Assembly: GCF_022045235.1 (NCBI RefSeq)
Contig: NW_027266308.1
Coordinates: 54,746,001-54,810,000, forward strand
DNA length: 64,000 nucleotides
Direction of reading: 5' to 3'
Source: Haliotis cracherodii
Lineage: Eukaryota
Each line of letters starts with the position of its first letter. Positions within the stretch are counted from its first letter, which is position 1. Below are positions 11,540 to 25,384 of the stretch, piece after piece. The notes below the pieces were generated by a model. That model did no database searches, had not been told where the DNA came from, and was given only the letters and a program-made list of their open reading frames with translations. A program made the position numbers and the translations under genes.

Positions 11540-13072
11540 GCAGTTGATGTAAGAGCTACAGTTGACATGTGTGTGGCAGTTGATGTGGGAGTTACAGTTG
11601 ACGTATGTGTGGCAGTTGATGTGGGAGTTACAGTTGACGTGTGTGTGGCAGTTGATGTGGGAGTTACAGTTGACGTGTGTGTGGCAGTTGATGTAAGAGT
11701 TACAGTTGACATGTGTGTGGCAGTTGATGTGGGAGTTACAGTTGACATGTGTGTGGCAGTTGGTGTAAGAGTTACAGTTGACATGTGTGTGGCAGTTGAT
11801 GCGGGAGTTACAGTTGACATGTGTGTGGCAGTTGATGTAAGAGTTACAGTTGACATGTGTGTGGCAGTTGATGTAAGAGTTACAGCTGACGTGTGTTGCA
11901 GTCAATGTAAGAGCAACAGTTGACGTGTGTGTGGCAGTTGATGTAAGAGTTACAGTTGACGTGTGTGTGGCAGTTGATGTAAGAGTTACAGTTGACATGT
12001 GTGTGGCAGTTGATGTAAGAGTTACAGTTGACATGTATAATGCAGTTGATGTAAGGGTTACAGTTGACGTGTGTTGCAGTTGATGTAAGAGTTACAGTTG
12101 ACATGTGTGTTGCAGTTGATGTAAGAGTTACAGTTGACATGTGTATGGCAGTTGATGTAAGAGTTACAGTTGACATGTGTGTGGCAGTTGATGTAAGAGC
12201 TACAGTTGACGTGTGTGTTGCAGTTGATGTAAGAGTTACAGTTGACATGTGTGTGGCAGTTGATGTAAGAGCTACAGTTGACGTGTGTGTTGCAGTTGAT
12301 GTAAGAGTTACAGTTGACATGTGTATGGCAGTTGATGTAAGAGTTACAGTTGACATGTGTGTGGCAGTTGATGTAAGAGCTACAGTTGACGTGTGTGTTG
12401 CAGTTGATGTAAGAGTTACAGTTGACATGTGTGTGGCAGTTGATGTAAGAGCTACAGTTGACGTGTGTGTTGCAGTTGATGTAAGAGTTACAGTTGATAT
12501 GTGTTGCAGTTGATGTAAGAGTTACAGTTGACATGTGTGTGGCAGTTGATGTAAGAGTTACAGTTGACATATGTTGCAGTTGATGTAAGAGTTACAGTTG
12601 ACATGTGTGTGGCAGTTGATGTAAGAGTTACAGTTGACATGTGTTGCAGTTGATGTAAGAGTTACAGTTGACATGTGTTGCAGTTGATGTAAGAGTTACA
12701 GTTGACATGTGTTGCAGTTGATGTAAGAGTTACAGTTGACATGTGTTGCAGTTGATGTAAGAGTTACAGTTGACATGTGTTGCAGTTGATGTGGGAGTTA
12801 CAGTTGACATGTGTGTGGCAGTTGATGTAAGAGTTACAGTTGACATGTGTATGGCAGTTGATGTAAGAGTTACAGTTGACATGTGTTGCAGTTGATGTGG
12901 GAGTTACAGTTGACATGTGTGTGGCAGTTGATGTAAGAGTTACAGTTGACATGTGTATGGCAGTTGATGTAAGAGTTACAGTTGACATGTGTTGCAGTTG
13001 ATGTAAGAGTTACAGTTGACATGTATGTTGCAGTCGATGTAAGAGCTACAGTTGACATGTGTGTGGCAGTTG
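11540..13072. repeat. 37-39 bp minisatellite
   Basis: Unit GGCAGTTGATGTAAGAGTTACAGTTGACATGTGTGT with variants, about 40 copies. Confidence 0.95.
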
Positions 13073-13264
13073 GCTTATGTGTTACAGCTACCTGTGACGA
13101 TCCGGGTTATAAATTGGTCTTCAGAAACCCATGTTGGTCGGGTGGTCAGGCTCATTGATATAATATTGTATCCCAAATGTGTAGATCGATTCTCATGATG
13201 TGAATCACTGGCGTATTTGGCCCAGACTCCATTATGCACAGATGGCCGCCATATAGCTGGCATA

Positions 13265-13592
13265 AGTGTGACAGTATGTCAGTCGCCAAGTGTGACAGTA
13301 TGTCAGTCAAGTGTGACAGTCGTCAAGTGTGACAGTAAAACAGTCGTCAAGTGTGAGTAAAACAGTCGTCAAGTGTGAGTAAAACAGTCGTCAAGTGTGA
13401 GTAAAACTGTCAAGTTTGACAGTAAAGCAGTCGTCAAGTGTGATAGTAAAACAGTCGTGAAGTGTGACAGTAAAACAGTCGTCAAGTGTGAGTAAAACAG
13501 TCGTCAAGTATGAGTAAAACAGTCAAGTTTGACAATAAAACAGTCGTCAAGTGTGACAGGAAAACAGATGTCAAGTGCGACAGTGTGACAGT
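13265..13592. repeat. 21-24 bp minisatellite, right part
   Basis: Same unit as 10983-11515. Confidence 0.9.
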
Positions 13593-14196
13593 TGCTTTAT
13601 TGCTGTTTTGGATTACAGAAATGAAGAGAGAGCTCAATATCGTTCTTGCAATTTATTGATCATCTTACAAGTTATGGTTTACAAATATGGAATGTGTTGC
13701 TTTCTCGAACAAACTAAACCTTTGTTCATACGTTTTCGGAAGCTGTAAACAGACATAAACACACAACTAGGTTACTTTCTCTTATGAAGATTCTCCATGG
13801 AGTGTCCTATTTCACGCAGCGATACATCCAAGTTCATGCACACAGGCCCTTAGAGGTCACAGGCAAATTTAAATAATGGATCCAGTTTGGTAATAAGCTA
13901 ACGTTCAAGATCGTAGTAGTAGTATTTTACAGTTCAACAGAATGATGAACTACAAATGATTAATCTAAAAGTGCCCTGAGGGAAACAGGAATTTCATACA
14001 GCGTATGTAGACAAACTTAGATATAATCATAATAAATTCAAAGATGATATATTGGTTCGGATTGTACAGTAAGGATAGTCTGCTATACCCTTCATACAAT
14101 TGTGGAGTGTGCCTGGCTTTCACATGGGCTGTGATACTAGGGCAAGAAGGTTGGTCATATGTCATTGTTGTGGGAGTGAGTTGGTTTGACTGCCGA

Positions 14197-17100
14197 TTAA
14201 ACATCGTTGTTCACGTTGTTAACGCTGCTCGCGTTGTTCGCGTTGTTCATGCTGCTCGCGTTGTTCGCGTTGTTTGCGTTGTTCATGCTGCTTCCATTGC
14301 CCGAGTTGTTCCCAGCGCTTGAGCTGCTCATCACGGAGTCCTCGGCCATGTTCCCCATATCTGATCTGGAAGCGGTTGTTTCTTCCTCAGCATTGTTGGC
14401 CACAGACTCATCGGCTTCAGCGTCAGCAGCTTCTCCGCTCTCGGCGTCTCCTTCGCCCTGGGAAATATAAACCGTTTGAGTGAGTAAGTAAGTATAGTTT
14501 TACACAGCGAATAGCAATGCTCCAGTCACATCCCGGCAGGGGGTGGGGTGGGGTGGGTTGTGGTGGAAATCAGAAATCGGTTTCACACTTGAACCTCTGT
14601 GTGGAATCGAATCCGACTCTTGGACGTGACGAGCCAACACTATAACCAATTAGTTTACCAAATCGCCCATTACCGCGTTACATGTACTTCTTCAGTTCGT
14701 CCCGAAGCCATGCCAGAAACGTGTGATTCGTGGGGTCGAATCCCGATTAGGCATGATTATGTTTTTATTCCTGTCTTTCCATATCCAACTGACACACAGT
14801 TGAAATACTGGTCAAATTCATTCACAAACAAACTCATTGTAAATTGTCGAATGACAAGAAATCTAAACTGAAGGGCAAAAGAAAGTATAGTGTCTTTTTT
14901 TGTAATAGAAAATTGAAAGAACAGAAATGTGATTATGTCTATTTGACCATCGCTTATTCCTGCAACAATTTGTAAAAAGTAATCTTTGGCTGGGTGTCTT
15001 TGTTTTAGATTATGGTTAAGATTGTATGATATGAGGTATCATGTGTCAATTTTTACATAACCACAATTTATGAAAATAAAGAAAATCTAGGTTTGGATTG
15101 ATATAATTTCAATCCATAACCACATTATCATATTCACTCTCTATGTACTAATCTGATTAATCACCCTGGAATATTTTACGTCCTACATATTTACAACCAA
15201 GGAGAGAATACTGTTTAACGACGCAGTATATGACGAAGGCCTGTATGTTATTGGGGTTGGACCAGGCAATGAAATGACTGGCAACATGAGCAACGGTCAT
15301 AAGACGGTGGCATGTCGCCAGGACGGTCAACCACTGAAACCTGACGATTTACATTAATCGGTTCTTTTGACAATCATGGGATACTGCGGATTCCTTGTAA
15401 CTCCTACAGAGATTTCCTTCAAGGCTGTCATCTTCTTGGGGGCACGGGTGGCCCAGTCGTCTAGGGCGCCGCAATTTGCTGTGCAGAGTTGCGTCCCTTG
15501 GGCATGACAGAAACCTATGATTGTGGGTTCGAATCCCGGTTCACCCAGATTATGTTTCCCGGTTTGTCAGCACCATACCCGTGCTCGTGGGTTTCACCAA
15601 AGTGGTAAATGTCTAAGACCTGCATCACTTCGGTCTTTCCTCCCACACTAAGCTGACACGCCGCGATATAACTGGAATACTGTTAAAAGCGACGCTAAAC
15701 CCAACTCACTCACTCACTGTTATCTTCTGACAAGATAATTTGAGTCTTTAAGTTTAGAAATTGGAACAATATGAATACATGACCCTTTATATAGATTCAC
15801 CTGCTGAAGGGACAATAATTAGCCCTGAACCGTCTTACAAAGACTAAAGAAGTTGTATCATTTTAAAAGTGTCTTGTAGTCAAGATAATTTGGTTAGAAT
15901 CCAAGATTTGCCTGGACTGTAATCCTTAGTGTGATTCTACACATCCAGGTTCGTGGTTTTACAATACGTAAGTAGCTGGATAGAATTGTTTGAGGGGTAT
16001 TCTAAAAGTTGGTGAGTAAATAATAAAAATGGATAACAACTTCTGGTTTACTGCATGTAGCCACGTGTCAGTCAGTGGAGGTTCTTACACCGTTATCTTA
16101 ATAGAGATAGAAGTAGCAAGCTCGGGTTACTGTATTCCCATATAAACTGAGTGGCAGCGTTGTGACTGAAACGACGTCATATAAAACACTCGTCTAGCGG
16201 GGATACACGTGGTCCTGTTGTCAAAGGCGCCACAAGTCGCCGTGCATATATGCCATGAATTTAATGATAAAATCCAATGATAGAATCCCATAATAGAATT
16301 CCATGATAGAATCCCATAATAGAATTCCATGATAGAATTTCATGATAGAATTCCATGATAGAATTTCATGTCAGAATTTCATGATAGAATTCCATGACAG
16401 AAGCCCATGATAGAATCCCATGATAGAAATCCGTGATAGAATCCCATGATAGAATTTTGTGATAGAATCCCATGATAGAAGCTTATTATAGAATCCCATG
16501 GTAGAATTCCATAATAGAATCCCATGATAGAATCCCATGACAGATTCCCATGATCGTGCATTCGAATAGCAGATTCGCCCTGATTCTGATTCTTAGTTTT
16601 CAAATACCATCCGCATTCTTGGGTTTCGCCTAATTGAAAACGTCACATCAGACCTTCCTTTCACAATGTACAATGTGTAAAGCCCATTTCTGATGTCCCT
16701 CACCGAGATATTGCTGTGATATTGCTAAAAGCGGCGTAAAAGTCCACTAACTCACTCACTAACTTCCGATGTAAATGACATGCCGATATATCACTGAACT
16801 ACTGTTCAAAGAGGCGTTAAACCAAACTCACAACACATAATAATCTCTCAGAACGTACGAAGAGTTTACCTCGCCACTCTCTCTGTCCTTGGTCACTTTG
16901 TGGTCAATATCAACAGCCAGCATGAGAGCCACAAGGAAGTAGCCGAAGATGGAGATGACTGACAGGATGTAGGCGAAGCCGACTTCGAACTCTTGACCAA
17001 ACAGATCTTCAAACAGCACACTGGCCTGAACTCCATACACCGCCACGCCGATCAGGATGAAGATACCTGTGAAGTACAGACATTGATAGTTTCTCAAGAT

Positions 17101-18648
17101 CGATGATTTGATTGGTTTGTTGCTTAACGCCGCACTCAGCAATATTCCAGCTATATGAAGGCGGCCTGTAAATAATCGAGTCTGGACCAGACAATCCAGT
17201 GATTAATGTCATGAGCATCGATCCACGCAATTGGGATCGATGACATGCATCAACCAAGTCAGCGAGACTGACCACCCGATCCCGTTAATCGCCTTTTACG
17301 ACAAGCATAGTCACCTTTTATGGCAAGCATGGGTTGCTGAAGACCTATTCTATACCCCGAAATCTTCACGGGTCAGATCGATGAAAGCTATTAAGCGTAA
17401 AACTACAAAGGTATGTTTTACTGCCAGTGGGTGCACCTGTACGTTGTTCGAGTGCTGCAAAAGAGACCTTTGTTGCAATCAAGATCCTGTCGAGACCATA
17501 TATTGCTGAAACGCCATCTTGTCAATGAGTTCATTGAAACCATACACTGTTTAAACGGTATTTTGAGTTCAGAGATGTAAAGTTTACAAGCTTGCACTGC
17601 GTATGAACCTGTCGCCCAACATGAACAGATGCGCAAGGTTTGAAGACCGAAGCTGTATATAGACACTGTAGCGAATGTGTTGATGACGGTTCATGTTTTC
17701 AATGAAGCATGCTTCATCATCAAAATCGGCACCATGGCCGATGGTTTCACAAATTGGTGACTTGCACTACTTCGGGTTTTCCTCCCACGTGAGGACACAC
17801 CGTGACATAACTAACCGCCTCGAAATAACAAAGAGGCGTTAAACTAATTTCACAAACTCACTCCATAGTGAGTGTATTACCTGTGCCTACGGCGAACGCT
17901 AGTGCGGCAATGATGAGAGGTACACATCGTGCCAGGGATGCAGCAAACAGTAACACCAGCGTCAGGATGACTGTGACTACAGCAGTGATGAAGGAGACGA
18001 TCATCACCCCTTGCACTGCCTTGAACCATTCTTGAGCTGGAATACATCAATATGTGTCTGTTAATAAATACTTCTTGCATTGGATTCCATCCCGACTGTC
18101 CATTTTCCAACATTGTATTATTGTAAGGATTCGACATTCAGCATTCTGTGAAGCGACCGGGGACTGTTTGAGACAGGTTATTTTTCCGGTTACTGCTTCA
18201 AAACATATTATCATAGACTACAGGGCATCAGAAAGTAAACACCGTGTTTGTTTGAGGGTGGCTAAAATGAAATGAACAAGAAAAAGGCAATCGTACAACT
18301 CTATTTTTAACCTTTCCTATGATGCTTAAAAGAGTTTTTCGCCTATATTTGGTATCAATTACACTCATCGAAAAATGAATTTCTGACTTTAATCGACGCA
18401 TGCTAATATATCTGCCATGAAAAAAAAAACAGGACAAAATCCTATAAAAACTTACTCTGCAGAAGAGGCGATGAGTCAGTGGACAGACATATTCCTGCTT
18501 GACAAGCTTCCCAAAGACCTTCATTTGAGTTGAATCTCTGACTCCAGAATGGTGAGGCAAATCCAATCAAATGAAGGATAAGCGCAATGAAGAGGACAAG
18601 TGCTGACACCTTCAGAAGCTTGGAAGTCTTTCCACAACATTTGTGCAT
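14197..18648 (-). CDS. PMP22/EMP/claudin-superfamily tetraspan protein, paralogue 2 (4 exons, 268 aa, extended acidic/Asn-rich tail)
   Basis: Exons 18648-18456, 18036-17881, 17066-16870 and 14457-14197, phases 1,1,0, all GT-AG. Contains FASPFWS...EGLWEACQAGIC. Exon 2 reads TQEWFKAVQGVMIVSF... Exon 4 is in frame after the GAG|GTAAAC donor and the tttcccag acceptor. Read-through of exon 3 to the stop at 16828 is an alternative ending. Confidence 0.85.
15439..15716 (+). mobile_element. SINE family A
   Basis: Full length, with TSD CTGTCATCTTCT / CTGTTATCTTCT. Confidence 0.9.
16260..16553. repeat. ~14-bp minisatellite (CCATGATAGAATC/T)
   Basis: Directly visible. Confidence 0.9.
17112..17373 (-). 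mobile_element. SINE family B
   Basis: Full length, TSD AGATCGATGA. Confidence 0.9.
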
Positions 18649-20029
18649 GATTGCTGTGTTGTTTCGCCGACGCTAAAGCTGAACGTTCTTATTCTTCCAG
18701 GCTCCTGTGAGTTGCTTCTTCTGCTCAGTGATGATGGTAGGCGCTGGTCTGATCAATCATAACACTGGCGCAGGGAGTGACGTCTATGGCCTCTAAACGA
18801 AAAGCAGTATACCCAAAGCTTTATATCGATACAGTTCACATACATACATCGTGTCGCGACTACTCATTGCATACTGTCACTCAGGTCACATCATACTGCC
18901 TGAAACTTGACGTATAAGTTTACATACTAATCAGTATAGCTGCAATGATCCGGTTTAATGTTTGCTTCGCCAGCAATTTATGTGTTCCATTCCAAATTAT
19001 GCATAGGGTGTGGTTAGGTTTTGGTTTAACGTTAAGGGCAAACTTAGAAATGTCAAATCCTGTCAGGCTGTGATCACACTGCGTACAGCGCAGTCAAATT
19101 ATCTGGGGCTTTGTTTCTTTTATATGAAATAGTCACTGGAGGCAGTTCCATTAATAATGAAGTAAAAAGTTTATATGTTTTTACTGTTCAATGGTGTGTT
19201 CCGAATGCATAACATTCCCCTGAAAACAAGAGTTATGAATATTTTAGTTCTAAATAAAGAGTTAATCTCCAAGAAACTTCCACTCCGACCTTTTCGAGTT
19301 TTTTCTACCCTACCCGGGGATTCCGAGGCAAATTAGGTCCCTGTCATTCACGTTTGTGTCGTTTGTGTAAGTAAAATGGCGTGAATGTTCAAAATTGATT
19401 GTGTGGCATCGTGTGCTATGTTATAACCATTGTTTGACTAATGTCAAAACACAGTTTGAAACAATCATAATGTATTTTTGACCAAATTTCTGGTTGGAGT
19501 CTCCGATGAAACCAGTTATCAGCATGTTTAAGCCTAGCTGTAATGATAATAAAAGCGACTAAACCCTTTCCATGATCATTGGAAATCTCTGTTAAAGGCA
19601 GAGTCCATTGTACCATTCCGATTACATTAGAATTATGTGTTAATGAATCACTATCAAACAGTGATGATAACAAGTGTAGTCTGCAGTGTATCTGGTGGCA
19701 CCCGTTACAAACACATACAAAGGCAAGTCAAGTATTCACCTGAACAAACTCGGGAACAAAGTTTGTTTGTTGTTTAACGCCGCACTCAGCAATATTACAG
19801 CTACATAACGGCGGTCTGTAAATAATCGAGTCTGGACCAGACAATCCAGTGATTGATAACATGAGCATCGATCTACGCAATTGGGATACAATGACATGCA
19901 TCAACCAAATCGGCGAAACCATCCGATCCCGTTAGTCGCCTCTTACCACAAGCATCTTAGTCTTTAGTTATCTTTAAGTGTGTCGTGTGGGATAGTGGTG
20001 AACAGTGTTCAAAAGTCAATGTTTTGACA

Positions 20030-20730
20030 GAACTTAGTTCTTTTATGAGATTCCAAGCAAATCCTTTGATGTTTTGATAATCCACATGGTATTAATTCCA
20101 CTTGCCTCAAATAAATACTTTACTGTTAATAAAAAGAAAATACTTCCTTGATTGTATAAGGATTATGGTTAATCTTTGAGACAGGGATTTGGTGGTACAT
20201 TAGCTGGAACCAGCAATATATATCTATTTGTATGGATTTTCATGGCTCTTTGGTCAAGTTCAAAGTTGATAGAATTAATGGGTGGTTAGTGCGGATTCTT
20301 TCTTCTGTTAACATACTGGCTGTATATGTGGCGTTATTTGATATGTCACTTATATCAAATTCTTTTAACAAACAATTAATGTAGTGATGCTTACATATAA
20401 TGTTTATTCTATTTGAGGCCTTGTCAGTGGGAACAACTACAAACTTGTCATGTAGGACAGGAAGATTTTGGATGAATTATGGTTGCGACAGAATAAGTTT
20501 ATTCCAATTCTGTTTTGTCTTTTTCAGTTTGTGCATTCTACCAATGACAACATCACGCACTGACCTAACCAACCCTGAAACACATTCAAGGATTCATCTT
20601 CCCTTTTGACCCATTTTGGGGCATATATGCTTCGACTGCATCCGTAATGATTTTAAAGTTGTGATCCCAATTGGTAGGAGGGTGTTCATGATATTATGGT
20701 CCATATTTAAATAACGGACGAAGGTTGTTA
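20030..20730 (-). pseudogene. Penelope-like element ORF fragment (decayed)
   Basis: Minus strand encodes fragments ..YGP*YHEHPPTNWDHNFKII.. and HDKFVVVPTDKASN..CKHHYINCLLKEFDI, resembling the region N-terminal to Penelope-like RT. Confidence 0.55.
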
Positions 20731-22882
20731 TTTATTATATACTTCAGTGTGAAAGACTGGGTTTTATGAAGTTGAGAAAAGTGATATTTTCCCTGCTGTG
20801 AACATAACACTTGATATTTCACCGCAGTGAACATGACACTTTGACGGAACTATTGTCATTCAAAAGTTACCTCCCCTTAAATTGTCTCCCTTCATCGTAA
20901 GTGTCTAGCCCGTACACAAACTGTTGACGTCCTTTTTACGTGATGGTGATGGTAATGACCGATGGTCATTTGTGGAGTTAATATCACTTCTTGCCGTTTG
21001 TTATTTTCTCGAAAATGTTTCGTTCTAAACTGCAAATTTCTCATTTAACTCATCAATCGAGACTGTTCCTTTCGCAAAGCGCCATATTTGTTACTTGACC
21101 AGCGTGTATTCTTTCTCTCCCTACAGCTATCTCGTAGGGTGGTAGAGCAGTCTCATCAGTCGTCGCAGCCGAAACAAGTGAAGCTTACATAAATAGCTAT
21201 TCACGTTCTGCAAACTTTTCCTATAATTGACCATCAAGGGTAAAATTGTGTCGTATAGGAAAATGAAATTGTTGGTAGTTCAGGAAATTTCAAATAATGT
21301 GGGATCTTTAGGGACTCTGCGTCTTGTCTGAGAATGGTACTTATAAAACATCATATGCTGTATCACCTAATGGCGCTCGCATTTTGTTATGTATGGAAAG
21401 TCATCTTTGTTAACTGTTTTGTAAAAATGTGCGATTTGTTAGAGATTCAAATGTTGTTGGTTTTGTTTTACAGATTTTGACGAATCTCCAGCCAGGGGAA
21501 ATACCGCCAATATCTTTCTGAGACCTTAGCTATGGCATATCAAGCTGTACTTGATGGAATGTCGGTGAGGAAGGCTGCACTATTCTTCTCAGTTCCGTTT
21601 GTCGCCTTGCTTGATCATCGCACCAGCGGAGAGTCGGAATAGGTCCCACGTAGGTAAAGGCCATGCCTGGTGTCTCCAGTGGTGATGTTGCTGGAATATT
21701 GCTTAAAGCGTGTAAGACCACTCACACACAGCCGACAAAGAAAAGGAAAGTCATCGGTGCACTCGCTGGAAGGAAGGAAGTTACGGAGGACTTGATTTTG
21801 GCGCCAGTCAATCAGGGAGAGGTCGGAATGAGTTGGATATATCAACAAACACGTCACTTAAACCTGACACAAAGCCTAACGTCTACGTGACGTCGTCGCA
21901 ACATCGAATCTCAAGACCTAAACGATGGAGTCGATGGAGACGAACTGTTGCCACAACTTTCAGATTGTTGGCTATCACATGGTAGAACAGTCGTCATAGT
22001 TTTCTTAAATACATTAACAAAAATAAAGTTAACAGGTAAGATAAAACTATATTAATGCAATCGTCCTCAGTGCGGGGCAATATTTCTTGTGTGATCGAAA
22101 ACCGATGCAGTATACTGATATGCCTCGGATCTTAATTGTGTGGATTGATGCTGATGGTGTCGATTATGAGGTTTAAAACCCGAATCCAAAGGATAGGTTT
22201 TATTCCGAGGATGAAGGTTTTAAATCTCACAAACACCCGATTGTAAGTGTTTCATCTGACTTATAAAGCGAAAGATGAAACTTTAAACAACATCTATCAA
22301 CAATTTTATGTTTCTAACATACTTTCCAGGAACCTTAGAAAACGGACGTAAAATATATGTTGCTGTCGTACGGGTGCTTGATAAAGCATTCTTAAAAGCA
22401 TTGGTTTATCAGCGCGTCTGTAGTCTAGTGGCACACTCACTGGGCAAGTGATAAGAAGGTGGCTTGTTCGATCCGCGTGAATATCAAACACATTTATCGT
22501 TTGATTTTACATTTCGTTACATTGTGTTCATATGCAAAATACATTTCTAGCGAGAGACATTCATATTCTTCTAGACCACACCAAACTCTAATAATCATCT
22601 AAAACAACACAACACAAATATACACTAGACGGGTGTGCGGTACACGGCAGTGTATTTACGAAACGCAACACACAACACACAGTGACATTACGTCACTCCA
22701 TAGACCATTATTACATATGATATAGCATATGGAAACATACAGATGGTAACGGTGGCTGAAGCTCGACACGTAAAACCAGAGATAAAAACGTTTGTGAATA
22801 CAAAAAGCTCTGGAACCGTGTTCTCCCTACGAATGCAGCCACAATACACATGTGATAGTAAACACAATTATACCAATGAGTA

Positions 22883-23046
22883 CAGTAAACTACGGTTATA
22901 ACGAACACGCTTATAACGAACTGACCGATATAACGAACTTACTTGTTAGCCCCGGCCATGTGTTGCATATATGCTTATAACTTACTACGGTTATTGCGAA
23001 CTAAAACGGGTGGTCCTTTTGAGTTCGTTATAAACGTAGTTTACTG
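22883..23046. mobile_element. Tc1/mariner-pogo-type MITE
   Basis: TIR CAGTAAACTACGGTTATAACGAAC with TA target duplication. Confidence 0.9.
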
Positions 23047-23417
23047 TATTATAACAGCTATCCAGTATCATCAACATACATGGCCTGTCAACAGAGACAT
23101 ATGGCCATAACAGAATGTGGCCTCACCGCCATACGTCCACATCTAAAAGGAAAAGTCTGAAACATATAAAAAGATATTAGAAACGGAATAATAAAAAAGA
23201 AAGAAGCAAACATCATAAATTTACATGTTGTTAATTGAACTGCCGTGAGAGCATGGGAGAGAGGCGACAACATAAAGCCCTACCCTTACATACCCCAAAT
23301 ATCAGCGCCATCTACTGGCATAATTACCTCGCTTTATTATAGAACGTACCTCTAGGAGAAAGTAGTTTCCCTCTAATTCAATACTTCAAACGAGGGAAAC
23401 ATCATTGTTACAATATA

Positions 23418-23582
23418 CAGTAAACTATGGTTATAACGAACACGCTTATAACGAACTGACCGATATATCGAACTTACTTGTTAGCCCCGGCCATGTGTTG
23501 CATATATGATGTATATGTGCTTATAACTTACTACGGTTATAATGGTTGGTCCCTTTGAGTTCGTTATAACCGTAGTTTACTG
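23418..23582. mobile_element. Tc1/mariner-pogo-type MITE (same family)
   Basis: Same TIR and TA TSD. Confidence 0.9.
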
Positions 23583-24264
23583 TAAACGGAAGTTGTGTTA
23601 ATATTAACATAACACGATGTGTGAGGTTGCAGGTTCGATTCACGTCATGGAATTTTCATGTTAAAAAAAATTGTGACTTTTTACCAATCATCAAACACAA
23701 TTGTGTTCACATCAAGGGGCAACTTTATAAAACGTTAATTGTTAAATCTAGATGTTACAATTGAAATGTATTCAACAGGTCCTGGGCATGGTTGATATTG
23801 CCTGCCTTGGAAGTTAACCAATTTTTTAAAGCATCTTCTGTTACTTTAGAGTGACGTCACCGGAGGTTTATAAGTCGATCTATCAACTGTCTATCACGTC
23901 TGTCTTATCCAGACATGGACATCACCCTTAAAGCCTTGATCTCAATCGATCAGGCTCACTCTTTACAGAACAAGTGGCGTAAATGTCATCAGATAGTTCG
24001 CGTGCGTCTTTTTCAACAAGAAAAGAAAGAAAACACGTATTTCGTGAAAACAAATGATGAAATAGTTCACAGTGCACTTGTATAACTGTTTTAAGGTTCG
24101 CTTCAAATTAAAATATGACAACAAACTTATTTAGATATTTTTCAGATAAATAATCAGCAATTATTTTCAACGCCTTCTGTTATCACTATCAAAGCATGGA
24201 ATAAATCCAGGACATATACACGAGTACATCAATATGTAGATGTTCTACTCCGTTAACCAACTCG

Positions 24265-24523
24265 TTAAAAGATGGTGCTTGTTGTTACCCTGTCTGGCGC
24301 TCGGCATAAAGGGGCTAAAACAAGGACTGGTTGGCTCGGAGTTACTGTGTCCGAGTGGGGTATTGATGTTAAACTGTGGCATGGTATCTCAGTGAGCTAG
24401 CACTATAAATCGGCATCAGTCCGGACTAGTACAAGCAGCCCCACACACACATACCCGTGCATGCACGTCGCTATATAAGTGCAATAATCTTGGACGCGAC
24501 GTTAAACCCAATTTCACCTCACC
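24265..24523 (+). mobile_element. SINE family D, 5'-truncated
   Basis: Central domain plus tail; TSD CCGTTAACCAACT. Confidence 0.8.
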
Positions 24524-24962
24524 GTTAACCAACTAGCATTAAAAAACAACTGAAAATAACCCACGTTGAAGGACGCCACCCCCAGGGACTCCAGGGTAGA
24601 ATATGTTCCCAGTGTATTACGCTTGCCCTGAGAGCCGACTGATGACTTTGGGGTTGTGTGGCCTGGCAGTTCTCTGTCATAGTGAATCGTGTTGGGTGCG
24701 CAGTCAGCCGCTGATATTTTCAGGACGCCAACATGTAGCTGTAAAATTGCTGACTGGCATAAAATAACATTAACCCTTTAAAGGACAAATCGGGACAAGA
24801 TACGTCAATGGCAGAAATATATCCAGTGTAGCCGTAAGGATTAATTGTGTAACGGAAAGTTTTTATTGTGTAACGGAAACTTATTTTTGTGTAACGAAAA
24901 GGATTTATTATGTAACGGGGATGATCTACTGGAAATGAGAACAACATATTGTATAATGAACA

Positions 24963-25235
24963 AGGTGAGGTGGGGTGAGGTGAGGTGAGGTGAAATTAGG
25001 TTTAACGTCACGTCCAAGATTATATAGTCCACTTATATAGCGACGTGCATGCACATGTGTGTGTGGTTGCTTGTACTAGTCCGGACTGATGCCGATTTAT
25101 AGTGCTAGCTCACTGAGATACCATGCCGCAGTTCCCACTCCGAGCCAACCAGTCCTTGTTTTAGCCCCTTAATGCCGAGCGCAAGACAGGGTAACAACAA
25201 GCACCATCTTTTAACTTCTTTTGGTATGACGCAGG
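24963..25235 (-). mobile_element. SINE family D, partial
   Basis: Reverse copy abutting a family A head (25232-25384). Confidence 0.75.
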
Positions 25236-25384
25236 GACACGGGTGGCCCAGTCGTCTGAGGCGCCGCGATTCGTTGTGCAGAGTTGCGTCCCTTGGGCAC
25301 GCCAGAAACCTATGACAGTGGGTTCGAACCCCGGTTCTCCCCGATTATGTTTCTAGGTTTGTCAGAAGCATACCCGTGCTCGTG

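Noticed and set aside
11086-13058. Thr/Cys/His-rich ORFs resembling mucin or metal-binding proteins
   Set aside because: They come from minisatellites with frequent frame-shifting unit-length changes (37 versus 39 bp).
14207-14470. Hydrophobic plus-strand ORF (signal-peptide-like)
   Set aside because: It is the antisense shadow of the Asn-rich exon 4 of paralogue 2.
20730-21340. Possible additional non-autonomous DNA element
   Set aside because: It looks repeat-like, but no TIR, TSD or second copy could be established within the window.
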